Notes: generated from the sequence alone by a model not told the origin. A stretch of 52,188 nucleotides of DNA from Candidatus Curtissbacteria bacterium (GCA_038326365.1 JBBQJY010000001.1:78128-130315), one strand, 5' to 3'; positions 10,327 to 19,018 are shown, counted from the first letter of the stretch. A program made the numbers and translations.

Positions 10327-10336
10327 ATGATACAAT
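10327..10336. promoter_or_regulatory. Overlapping divergent -10 elements (bidirectional leaderless promoter)
   Basis: ATGATACAAT reads TACAAT on + (10331-10336, 8 nt before ATG 10345) and TATCAT on - (10332-10327, 6 nt before ATG 10320). Confidence 0.55.
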
Positions 10337-10344
10337 CCCGAGAG

Positions 10345-11337
10345 ATGGATGCCCAGACTACCTTACTAATAATAGGAGCCTTGGTAATTGCTGCTTTTGC
10401 CCTAATATACTTTCAAATTAAAAAATTAGTCGAATCCAAAGAGGGAAATGACACAACCAAGCTCCTCACCCAACTTGTTTCTGATATGCGTGGCTCAATG
10501 GATAAATCCACTAGTTCCATGGTCATGCAAAGCAAGGCTATCAATGAAAGGTTAGACCGCGCTGCTCTTGCAATCTCCGGTGTATCAAAGTCTGTCGGTG
10601 AAATGACCGAACTAGGCCGTTCCATGAAAGAGTTGCAAGATTTTCTGCGTTCGCCAAAAATGCGCGGTCAAATAGGAGAGGCAGTTCTAAAAGATCTGCT
10701 CGGGCAAATTTTACCTAAGCAAAATTTTCGCTTGCAATACGCTTTCAAAGGAGGAGAAATTGTCGACGCCGCTCTCAAGTTAGAACAGGGCATAATTCCA
10801 ATCGATGCTAAATTCCCGATGGAAAACTTTAGGAAAATGACCGGTGCTAAGGATGAAAAAGAAAAAGAAACACACCGCAAAGTTTTTATTTCAGATGTTA
10901 AAAAACACGTTGATGCCATTGCCAACAAGTACATTCGCCCGCAGGAAGGCACGCTAGACTTCGCCTTAATGTATATTCCTAGCGAACCCGTTTATTACGA
11001 AATGATCAGCAATTGTCCGGACCTAGACGATTATGCCTACAGGAAGAGAGTTCGTCCGGTCTCACCAAGCACTATGTATGCTTACTTGCGTGCAATCATT
11101 ATGTCGTTGGAAGGCAGTAAAATCGAAGCTCAAGCAGGCCAAATTCTGGCGGCTCTTCGAGAAATCTCCGGCGAAACTGAAAAATTTGGCTCGTCATTAT
11201 CTGTTCTTACAAAGCACATCAAAAATGCAGCCGCAAGTAGCGACGACGTCAATACACGCTTCACCCGTTTGTCTGCAAAATTATCCACCGTCCAATCAAT
11301 CGAGGCAAAAACAGTCAAAAGTCTAGAAGAAAGTTAG
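10345..11337 (+). CDS. rmuC: DNA recombination protein RmuC
   Basis: N-terminal TM and coiled coil; RGQIGE, PIDAKFP, KYIRP, DFALMYIPSE and VSPST motifs. Confidence 0.9.
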   Translation: MDAQTTLLIIGALVIAAFALIYFQIKKLVESKEGNDTTKLLTQLVSDMRGSMDKSTSSMVMQSKAINERLDRAALAISGVSKSVGEMTELGRSMKELQDFLRSPKMRGQIGEAVLKDLLGQILPKQNFRLQYAFKGGEIVDAALKLEQGIIPIDAKFPMENFRKMTGAKDEKEKETHRKVFISDVKKHVDAIANKYIRPQEGTLDFALMYIPSEPVYYEMISNCPDLDDYAYRKRVRPVSPSTMYAYLRAIIMSLEGSKIEAQAGQILAALREISGETEKFGSSLSVLTKHIKNAAASSDDVNTRFTRLSAKLSTVQSIEAKTVKSLEES

Positions 11338-11427
11338 CCCGCACCCCGCCTCCACCACCGGAACCAATAATTTTTTCATTTATTCAATTATTAATTCAAA
11401 GTAGAATAAATACTACAGCATGTTAAA

Positions 11428-14400
11428 ATGCAAATCGTGGCTGGCCTACTCCAAGATCTAAATCCACAGCAAAAAGAAGCCGTAACTACGACCGAAGGCC
11501 CTCTTTTGATAATTGCTGGTGCCGGAACCGGGAAGACAACGGTTATTGCTAAAAGGATTGCCGCTATCATCGAGAAAAAACTGGCCAAGCCATCCGAAAT
11601 TTTGGCACTGACTTTTACCGATAAAGCAGCAGGGGAGATGGAGGAACGAGTAGACCAGCTGGTGCCCTATGGTTTCATTGATACTTGGATTTCCACTTTT
11701 CATGCCTTTGGCGACCGAATCCTACGAGATAATGCTTTTGATATTGGCTTGTCTCCAGACTTCAGGGTTCTATCTCGCCCACAACAAGTTCTATTTTTTC
11801 AGCAAAATCTTTTCAGGTTCGATCTAGCCCATTACCGACCGCTTTCCAATCCAACCAAATTTATTTCCGCAATTCTTTCATTCTTTTCTCGTCTCAAAGA
11901 TGAGAATATCGATCCCGAAGAATTTTTAACATTCGCAAAAGATGGCAACCTAAAAGCAAAAAATGAAGAAGAAAAAATCGAATCAGACAAGTGTTTAGAA
12001 CTAGCCTACGCTTATCAAAAGTATGAAAAATACAAAGACGAAGCCAGCGTTTTAGATTTTGGCGACCAGGTTATAAAAGCCATATTTCTATTCACCAAAT
12101 GCCCAGACATTCTTAAAAAATATCAACAGCAGTTTAAATATGTTTTAGTCGACGAATATCAGGACACGAACTTTGCTCAAAACGAACTAGTCACACTGCT
12201 TGCATCCAGCCATCAAAATATCTGCGTGGTGGGCGATGATGATCAGTCAATTTATAAGTTCCGGGGAGCAGCAGTTGCCAACATCATGGAATTTAAAAAA
12301 AATTTTCCCAAGGCAAAACAAGTTGTTCTTGTTGAAAATTATCGCTCCACTCAAGCCATTTTGGACAGCGCTTATAAACTAATTAAACATAACGACCCAG
12401 ATAGGCTGGAGGTTCAAAACAACATAATTAAAAAATTAAAATCGGCAAAAATTCTATACGGACAGCCACCTCAAGAAATTTATACAAATACAATCTCCGA
12501 AGAAGCAGATGCAGTTGCTGCCGAAATCGAAAAACTGATTTTTAAAAAATTAAAGACAGCATCCAAAAATCAGAATCCAAAATCCAATTATTCGTACCGA
12601 GATTTTGCGATTCTTGTTCGTGCAAATTCTCAAGCTGACCATTTTCTGCGCGCCTTAAATATGAGAGGAATTCCTCATAAATTCGTAGGGTCAACCGGCC
12701 TCTATTCTCAAAGAGAAGTTAGCGTTCTCATTTCGTTTCTAACGGCTATAACCAATTTCGAAGACAGCTTGAATCTCTACAGCTTGGTAACGAGCGATAT
12801 TTACAACTTACCACCGGTCGATGCCATCAAAATAATTTCATACGCCAAAAGAAAAACCCGGTCTCTTTACACTATTTTAACGTCACTAGAGAAAATCGCC
12901 GAAGGCGAGCTTGAAATTTCTGAAGAGTCAAGGGCGATTGTGGCAAAATTACTCGAGGACCTGAATGAAGCGATAGAACTTTCTAAATCGGAAAAGGCAG
13001 GAAGAATCTTATACAACTATTTAAAGAAATCGGGTTATCTCACACGTTTGGATCGCGAGGGCCAGGTCGATAGTCAAATTAAGATTCAAAATATTGCCAA
13101 ATTTTTTGAAAAAATAAAAGAGTTCGAACAAATAGCTAAAGTAGACTCGCCGCAGCAGTTTATCGATTATCTAGAAGCAATTCGTTCCGCCGGCGATGAT
13201 CCTGCCACAGTTGATTTTGATCCGGACACCGACGCAGTCAACGTTATGACAGTCCATGGTGCCAAAGGCTTAGAGTTTCCTGTTGTTTTTATGGTAAACC
13301 TTGTTTCTGATCGATTTCCGACAAGAGCCCGCCCAGAGGCAATAGAAGTGCCGGAAAAAATCATTCGCGAAGCTCTGCCAACTGGCGATTGGCATCTTCA
13401 AGAAGAGCGCAGACTTTTTTATGTCGGTGTGACGCGGGCAAAGGATTTGTTGTACTTCACATCATCACGCGATGTCGGGGGCAGACGAATTAAAAAAATT
13501 TCCCCATTCGTTTTAGAAGCTCTAGACAAATCTCAAGCATCGCGAGGGTCCTCCAAGCTTTCTCCGATTGAAAAAATCGAAAAGTTTGCACCACCGACGC
13601 AGCAAATTTCACAAACAGCACTTTTCGACGTTGACGTACTCAGGCTAACCCAAGGGTCAGTAGACGACTATTTAACCTGTGCTTTTAAATATCGCTATAT
13701 TCACGTTTTGAGACTTCCAATCCTGCGTCATCACGCCATAGTTTATGGAGCCGCACTGCACGCTGCCGTTGCAGCCTTTAACAATTCAAAAAAACAGGGA
13801 AAAATTATATCTCTGGCAAAGCTTTTAGAAGTATTCGAAAACGCTTGGGATAGCGAAGGTTTTTTAACGGTCGAGCATGAGGAAAAAAGGAAAATGCAGG
13901 CTAAACTTACTCTTTCCGAGTTTCACAACCGCGAAACCAAATCGCCGGATGTTGCAACGCTTGTGGAACAGCCTTTTAAGTTTTCTCTCGCAGGCGTAAC
14001 CCTGATTGGTCGTTTTGATAGAGTGGACATCGCCCCCGGGTCTAAAGTTACAATTATCGATTACAAGTCCAGCGAGAATATCAACCAAGATCGAGCAAAC
14101 GCCCAAGCCAAAGAATCCACTCAACTTTCACTTTACTCACTATATTATTTCAAAAAACACAAAATAATCCCTCAAAAAGTCATGTTATATTTTTTGGAAA
14201 CTGGGATAACGGGAGAGTATTCCCCAACACAAAAAGATTTGGATAAAACCGAAACGCTTATCCTGGAAACTGCTCAAAATATCCGTCGCGACACTAAAAA
14301 TAATCATTTTCCTGCAAACCCTAAGTATTTCGGCCGCGAACCTGCCTGTGTCTATTGCGCGTACAATTCCATCTGTCCATTTAGCCTTGCCAAGATGTAA
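11428..14400 (+). CDS. UvrD/AdnB-like SF1 helicase fused to a C-terminal RecB/PD-(D/E)xK nuclease with 4 Cys
   Basis: AGAGTGKT, LTFT, VDEYQD, VGDDDQSIYKFRGA, ENYRS, TVHGAKGLEF and EERRLFYVGVTRA; C-terminal GRFDRVD..IIDYKS; Cys in YLTCAFKY and CVYCAYNSICP. The true start may be GTG 11437. Confidence 0.9.
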   Translation: MQIVAGLLQDLNPQQKEAVTTTEGPLLIIAGAGTGKTTVIAKRIAAIIEKKLAKPSEILALTFTDKAAGEMEERVDQLVPYGFIDTWISTFHAFGDRILRDNAFDIGLSPDFRVLSRPQQVLFFQQNLFRFDLAHYRPLSNPTKFISAILSFFSRLKDENIDPEEFLTFAKDGNLKAKNEEEKIESDKCLELAYAYQKYEKYKDEASVLDFGDQVIKAIFLFTKCPDILKKYQQQFKYVLVDEYQDTNFAQNELVTLLASSHQNICVVGDDDQSIYKFRGAAVANIMEFKKNFPKAKQVVLVENYRSTQAILDSAYKLIKHNDPDRLEVQNNIIKKLKSAKILYGQPPQEIYTNTISEEADAVAAEIEKLIFKKLKTASKNQNPKSNYSYRDFAILVRANSQADHFLRALNMRGIPHKFVGSTGLYSQREVSVLISFLTAITNFEDSLNLYSLVTSDIYNLPPVDAIKIISYAKRKTRSLYTILTSLEKIAEGELEISEESRAIVAKLLEDLNEAIELSKSEKAGRILYNYLKKSGYLTRLDREGQVDSQIKIQNIAKFFEKIKEFEQIAKVDSPQQFIDYLEAIRSAGDDPATVDFDPDTDAVNVMTVHGAKGLEFPVVFMVNLVSDRFPTRARPEAIEVPEKIIREALPTGDWHLQEERRLFYVGVTRAKDLLYFTSSRDVGGRRIKKISPFVLEALDKSQASRGSSKLSPIEKIEKFAPPTQQISQTALFDVDVLRLTQGSVDDYLTCAFKYRYIHVLRLPILRHHAIVYGAALHAAVAAFNNSKKQGKIISLAKLLEVFENAWDSEGFLTVEHEEKRKMQAKLTLSEFHNRETKSPDVATLVEQPFKFSLAGVTLIGRFDRVDIAPGSKVTIIDYKSSENINQDRANAQAKESTQLSLYSLYYFKKHKIIPQKVMLYFLETGITGEYSPTQKDLDKTETLILETAQNIRRDTKNNHFPANPKYFGREPACVYCAYNSICPFSLAKM

Positions 14401-14444
14401 GCGTTTCTCAGCATATTTAAGGCTATTCTTGATAGAATAAACCT

Positions 14445-16028
14445 ATGCTGGTAAAGCTTTTCGGCAATGCACGCTTTTATGTTTTGATTTTAAGCGTTTT
14501 TGCAGCAAGCTCAATTTTTCTCTTAGTCAGAAATATTGAACCACAAGGTCAACAGCAAGTAGTCAAGCTCACTCAGTACTACGCTTTCTCAGCAATTATT
14601 TTTTTATATTTTGCACTTCTTATTGGTCCAGTTACTAAGGTTTTAGCAGCCATTCCTGTTCGACTAAAGTCCCAGCTGATCCATGTTAGAAGACCACTCG
14701 GTGTAAGTGCTTTTTTCTTTGCGATACTCCACGCGTCTTTTGCCTTTTTTGGTCAACTTGGAGGACTTAGTGGCTTATTCTTTTTATCTGAAAAATATTT
14801 GTTCGCAATTTCATTAAGCTTCACTGCGCTTGTTATCTTGTCGCTCATGGCAGCAACGTCATTCGATTTCATGATTCAGAAACTCGGCTATGGACGCTGG
14901 AAAGCTCTGCACAGATTCGTTTATTTGGCAGCAATATTAATAGTTACCCACGCTTTGCTTTTAGGAACCCACTTCGCAGACATTTCAGCACTAATACCTC
15001 AAATTTGCTTAATTGCGCTTGTTGTCCTTCTCTTTTTCGAAGCGCTAGCAATAGATTTGTATGTGAAAAATCGCTATAAGATATTGCCTAAATTTGGTTT
15101 TGGGTTTGTCGTATTTCTAATTATTTCCGTCGTGGCGATTTTTTATCAATTATCTTCAGGGTCAAATTCAAACGGGGGAGGAGGTTTCGGTATTCATTCA
15201 CAACACATTCTGCTTGCCCAACAAGCACAGAATCCCACCTCTACTTTGTCGACAAGCTTGCAAAACGTGCCGGGCCTGACGGGTGATCGCACCAAAAGAT
15301 TCACAGTAAGTTTTAACCATTCTGATCAAATCGCGGCAAATCTCGACACCAATCTTTCGTTCCAAATTTTCGACGCCGCAAGCGGTAACCAAATTCAAAT
15401 TTTCGACGTAGTTTACGAAAAAACAATGCATCTTGTAATAGTCGACGAGGGCCTCGACTATTACAATCACATCCACCCCACTCAAGATTCAAAAGAATTT
15501 TCAATAACCACCCAGTTCCCTCATGATGGTGTATACCATTTGTACACCGATTTCCAACCAAAAGGGGCAATCGAACAGCAAATAGGATTCACTTTAAGAG
15601 TTGGCAGCTCCAATCAGGAATTAAGATCAAACCATACGCCCGATATAAATCTGACGAAAATGTTTGGTGACTATGAAGTCACCTTAACAAAACCGGACAA
15701 CTTAAATGCAACAGACCTAGCCGTTGGCAAGCAACCTCTTAAATTTACATTTCGAGATGCCAAAACCAAAGAACCGTTAACAAATCTCAAGCCATACTTG
15801 GCTGCTTTCGGCCATCTGGTCATGATAAATTCTGACACTTTGGATTACATTCATGTTCATCCGACAAATATAAAACCACCAAGAGCAGATGCCACTGGAG
15901 GTCCCGATGTCGAATTTTTACCCCTTGGTCTCTATGGTCCAATTAAACCTGGCATATATAGAGTCTTTGGGCAATTTAATCCTAATGGCAACTTAATGGT
16001 TGCGGATTTTACGGTGGAAGTTAAATGA
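14445..16028 (+). CDS. MsrQ/YedZ-like ferric-reductase transmembrane domain fused to a C-terminal His-rich (HxHP x2) soluble domain
   Basis: RRPLG...AILHA, AATS, WKALHRFVY and VTHA (haem-ligand His pattern). The C-domain repeats MHLVIVDEGLDYYNHIHP and GHLVMINSDTLDYIHVHP. Confidence 0.8.
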   Translation: MLVKLFGNARFYVLILSVFAASSIFLLVRNIEPQGQQQVVKLTQYYAFSAIIFLYFALLIGPVTKVLAAIPVRLKSQLIHVRRPLGVSAFFFAILHASFAFFGQLGGLSGLFFLSEKYLFAISLSFTALVILSLMAATSFDFMIQKLGYGRWKALHRFVYLAAILIVTHALLLGTHFADISALIPQICLIALVVLLFFEALAIDLYVKNRYKILPKFGFGFVVFLIISVVAIFYQLSSGSNSNGGGGFGIHSQHILLAQQAQNPTSTLSTSLQNVPGLTGDRTKRFTVSFNHSDQIAANLDTNLSFQIFDAASGNQIQIFDVVYEKTMHLVIVDEGLDYYNHIHPTQDSKEFSITTQFPHDGVYHLYTDFQPKGAIEQQIGFTLRVGSSNQELRSNHTPDINLTKMFGDYEVTLTKPDNLNATDLAVGKQPLKFTFRDAKTKEPLTNLKPYLAAFGHLVMINSDTLDYIHVHPTNIKPPRADATGGPDVEFLPLGLYGPIKPGIYRVFGQFNPNGNLMVADFTVEVK

Positions 16029-16600
16029 AAAATTTCCTGATTTTCCTCTTAGTATTTCTTGTGGGCTTTCAAATTTCTATCCGGATCGCGTCGGCTCACG
16101 TTTTGGTTTCTCAAGGATCGATTGGAGCTGTTTTACATATCGACCCCCAAGATGATCCTATAGCTGGTTCCCAAAGTGGTTTCTTTTTTGAATTTAAAGA
16201 TAAACAAAACAAATTTAAACCAGAGAATTGCAACTGCACTTTTGAAATTTGGGAAAATGGGCAGCAGATTAATAGTCAGGACCTCTTTGAATCAAATACA
16301 AACCCTTCCCTTACCAGTGCCAGCATTTTCTTCACATTTCCTCAAAAAGACGTATATCAAATCAAAGTTGTTGGCAACCCTAAAACTGTCAGCGCTTTTC
16401 AGCCCTTCACACTAACCTACAATATTCGAGTAGCTAAAGAAGTTGCCCAGAATCAGCTTACGAACAATCCTAACCAAACCAACTTCTTTAATAAATATGC
16501 CCCGCTTTTATTATCTGCATTTGTGGCCGCTTTCATCATAATTGTTTATTTAATCCAGCAAATGGTATTTAAAAAAAGAAAGGAGGTGCAAAATGATTAA
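16025..16600 (+). CDS. Exported, C-terminally anchored hypothetical protein with mature N-terminal His
   Basis: Signal peptide ASA|H25; LHIDPQDDP; NCNC; C-terminal TM plus KKRK; ATGA overlap with the upstream gene. Confidence 0.75.
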   Translation: MKNFLIFLLVFLVGFQISIRIASAHVLVSQGSIGAVLHIDPQDDPIAGSQSGFFFEFKDKQNKFKPENCNCTFEIWENGQQINSQDLFESNTNPSLTSASIFFTFPQKDVYQIKVVGNPKTVSAFQPFTLTYNIRVAKEVAQNQLTNNPNQTNFFNKYAPLLLSAFVAAFIIIVYLIQQMVFKKRKEVQND

Positions 16601-17282
16601 AAAAGTAATTTCCTCTGCAGGCATAATTGCTGCAATGATAGCCTTATCATCACCTGTTTTTGCTCATTCCATGGTTAAACCAGATACAGTTGGCGTGGCC
16701 GCTTTTCAGGACTTCACTGTCTCTGTCCCTTCTGAAAAAGCAGCTTCAACGATAAGTGTCAATTTGACGCTCCCTGCGGGCATATCTTTTGTGACTCCGG
16801 TTGTGAAATCGGGCTGGAAAGTGGAAGTTAAAAGTGGGCCTATCCCAGATGGAATGGCTCCGCCAGTTGCTACTGACGGTGATATAGCAACAACAATCCC
16901 AACAGAGATAGATTGGACAGGCGGATCAATACCAGCAGAGCAAAAGGACAACTTTGTCTTCAGCGCTCAAGTACCCGCACAGCCAGCAGAATTAGACTGG
17001 AAAATTACACAAGGCTACTCGGATGGTTCTACTGTTTCTTGGAATCTAGGGCCGAATGACTCTCAACCAAAAGACGATAAAGGCAGCTCAGACTTTTCCT
17101 CCCAGGGCCCATTTACCAAAACTATGGTTGTTAACGATTTAAAAAACGCGCAACCAACTACGTCGACACTAGAAAAAGAAGATGCACCGGGTTCAACAAA
17201 GATTGCCTTAGTCTTAAGTGGCTTAGCAATACTTGCAGCCGGGGGGTCTCTTTGGATGCAATTTAAAAAGAAGGGCAAGTAA
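16593..17282 (+). CDS. YcnI/DUF1775-family copper-binding membrane protein
   Basis: VFA|H25, VPSE, GWKV, IDWTGG, F.F.A and QGYSDGSTVSW motifs; C-terminal TM; strong SD AAGGAGGTG upstream. Confidence 0.8.
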   Translation: MIKKVISSAGIIAAMIALSSPVFAHSMVKPDTVGVAAFQDFTVSVPSEKAASTISVNLTLPAGISFVTPVVKSGWKVEVKSGPIPDGMAPPVATDGDIATTIPTEIDWTGGSIPAEQKDNFVFSAQVPAQPAELDWKITQGYSDGSTVSWNLGPNDSQPKDDKGSSDFSSQGPFTKTMVVNDLKNAQPTTSTLEKEDAPGSTKIALVLSGLAILAAGGSLWMQFKKKGK

Positions 17283-17304
17283 GTTTCTATATTTAGAACT
17301 TAAG

Positions 17305-17343
17305 TTTAAGGGGCAGTTGTGCAAAATACACCTGCCCCTTAAA
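17305..17343. other. Strong intergenic stem-loop (mRNA stabiliser or partial terminator)
   Basis: Perfect 12-bp inverted repeat TTTAAGGGGCAG / CTGCCCCTTAAA, plus inner TGTG/TACA pairing; no clear U-tract. Confidence 0.7.
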
Positions 17344-17353
17344 ATATCAAAGT

Positions 17354-18226
17354 ATGAAATTATGGCACGTTTTATCAACTCTGGCTTTTGTAATGTTTTT
17401 CATGCTCCCCGCAAAAGTTCAAGCACATTCTGTTGGCCAACCGCCATTTTTCAGAGTAAATAGCATATTCTCAGGCTATTATCCGACACCTCTCGTTTCT
17501 AATAAGTTTGAAATTCCTCAAGACATAGCCCCTCAAAATTACGTGGTCGGAAACAAAATCAACCTTGAGATAGATTCTCAGGCTCTTTCTCAATCAGTGC
17601 CCGCTGACATCGTTAAAAAAACAACCTTTACCTGGGATTTCGGAGACGGCCAAAAAGCGACCGGACTTCAAAATCCTCATGTTTACACAAAGCCCGGGCC
17701 TTTTATTTTAAAAATAAATGCAAAGTACGATGAAGTCTCCGGCCAGCAATTGATTCAATCTATTTTGATCAATGTAATTCCAGATGAAAATTACCAAGTC
17801 CCGAAAGTAGAAATTAGAATTAATGGAAAAACAAGCAAAGATCCTCTAATTGATATTTTTTATATTCCTTTTTCTGAAAAAATAAATTTTGATGCTACAG
17901 GCTTGCAGTCTCAGTCAAAAATTATTAAGTATATGTGGGATTTCGGAGACAGCCAATATGCCGAAGGTCCTTCAGTTACACATGCGTATTCCAAAGATCT
18001 GCCTCAGCAGCAAGTGTTTCCTATCCTGAGAGTAGTCTCCCAAGATGGTTTTTTTACAGACAGTTATGTTCAAATCACAAATAGTCATGATAGTTCAAAA
18101 GCGACATCGACCACTAGCACCTCAACGGCCGCGCCCCCATTTTACAAATCAAAATGGCTTTACCTTTTGTCTCCTTTTGTACTTATTTTGTTAATTGGTT
18201 TCTTTGCAAGCCGCAAGAAAAAATGA
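17354..18226 (+). CDS. Exported PKD-domain protein with mature N-terminal His and C-terminal TM anchor
   Basis: VQA|H25; two WDFGD PKD signatures, each followed by HxY; Ser/Thr linker; TM plus RKKK. Confidence 0.8.
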   Translation: MKLWHVLSTLAFVMFFMLPAKVQAHSVGQPPFFRVNSIFSGYYPTPLVSNKFEIPQDIAPQNYVVGNKINLEIDSQALSQSVPADIVKKTTFTWDFGDGQKATGLQNPHVYTKPGPFILKINAKYDEVSGQQLIQSILINVIPDENYQVPKVEIRINGKTSKDPLIDIFYIPFSEKINFDATGLQSQSKIIKYMWDFGDSQYAEGPSVTHAYSKDLPQQQVFPILRVVSQDGFFTDSYVQITNSHDSSKATSTTSTSTAAPPFYKSKWLYLLSPFVLILLIGFFASRKKK

Positions 18227-18315
18227 GAATTGTTTTTGCCGCACTTTTATTTCTAAGCGTTATTGCCATAATTTTCTTAGGATATAAAATCTACAAAACT
18301 TATCACAATAAATAA
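18223..18315 (+). CDS. 30-aa single-TM small protein
   Basis: MRIVFAALLFLSVIAIIFLGYKIYKTYHNK*. It overlaps the upstream stop (ATGA) and the downstream start (TAATG). Confidence 0.65.
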   Translation: MRIVFAALLFLSVIAIIFLGYKIYKTYHNK

Positions 18316-18839
18316 TGTTAATTGTAATTGGGCTAATTCTTTCTGCAGTAACTATCGCACTTTTGTTTGTCATTCTTCTTGGCGTCTTTTACGCCATCGA
18401 TGTCTTTTTAGAGCTCCCATACGTTGCCAGCAAAAAAGATAAAGTTTCGACAATAATTGAGTTGGCCCAAATTAAAAAAGGGGAGACAATTGTTGATCTC
18501 GGCTCGGGTGATGGTCGTCTACTTTTTAAAGCCGTCGAAAAAGAGGCGTTCGCAATCGGTTATGAAATAAATCCTTTTCTCATTTTATTAACAATAATTA
18601 GATCACAGCTCAAAGGTGTAGCCGGCCACGTCGAAATTTATAAGAAGAGCCTTTGGCGTGCGGATCTTAAAGTCGCCGATATTGTTTTTGTTTATGGTCG
18701 CAAAAAAACTATGAAAAAATTCGAAGATTTTGTTTATAAAAATGCCCAAGCGGGTACGCGAATAATCGTTAACACTAACCCTTTTCCAGATAAAAAACCT
18801 GTAAAATCAAAAAATAACACCTTTGTATATAAAATATAG
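18315..18839 (+). CDS. Membrane-anchored class I SAM-dependent methyltransferase (FAM173/aKMT-like)
   Basis: N-terminal TM; PYV, VDLGSGDGRL, GYEINP and ADIVFVY motifs. Confidence 0.85.
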   Translation: MLIVIGLILSAVTIALLFVILLGVFYAIDVFLELPYVASKKDKVSTIIELAQIKKGETIVDLGSGDGRLLFKAVEKEAFAIGYEINPFLILLTIIRSQLKGVAGHVEIYKKSLWRADLKVADIVFVYGRKKTMKKFEDFVYKNAQAGTRIIVNTNPFPDKKPVKSKNNTFVYKI

Positions 18840-19018
18840 CCCATAGCAAGCAATCGCACTAAGGGAAGGTAGAGAAGAAAGAATTAGAGCTCTTGAAGAA
18901 CTTTGGCAAGATCGTCCACATCATATTCAACAAAAGGGGCTCTATATTACTATTCTAGGTTTCCCTCTATTTTTATTTGAGAAATTCTTGAGATTAAAAG
19001 TTAGTTGTGCAGCAACGT

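Noticed and set aside
11344-11357. CCCCGCCTCCACCA, resembling a tmRNA/tRNA-Ala 3' end (possible att site)
   Set aside because: Only 14 nt, no T-loop (TTCGA), no integrase or second copy seen. It is equally explained by a short minus-strand frame (MKKLLVPVVEAGCG).
10345-14400. rmuC + helicase-nuclease as an anti-phage defence island
   Set aside because: Both are common repair/recombination genes, and no methylase, toxin, sensor or mobility gene flanks them.
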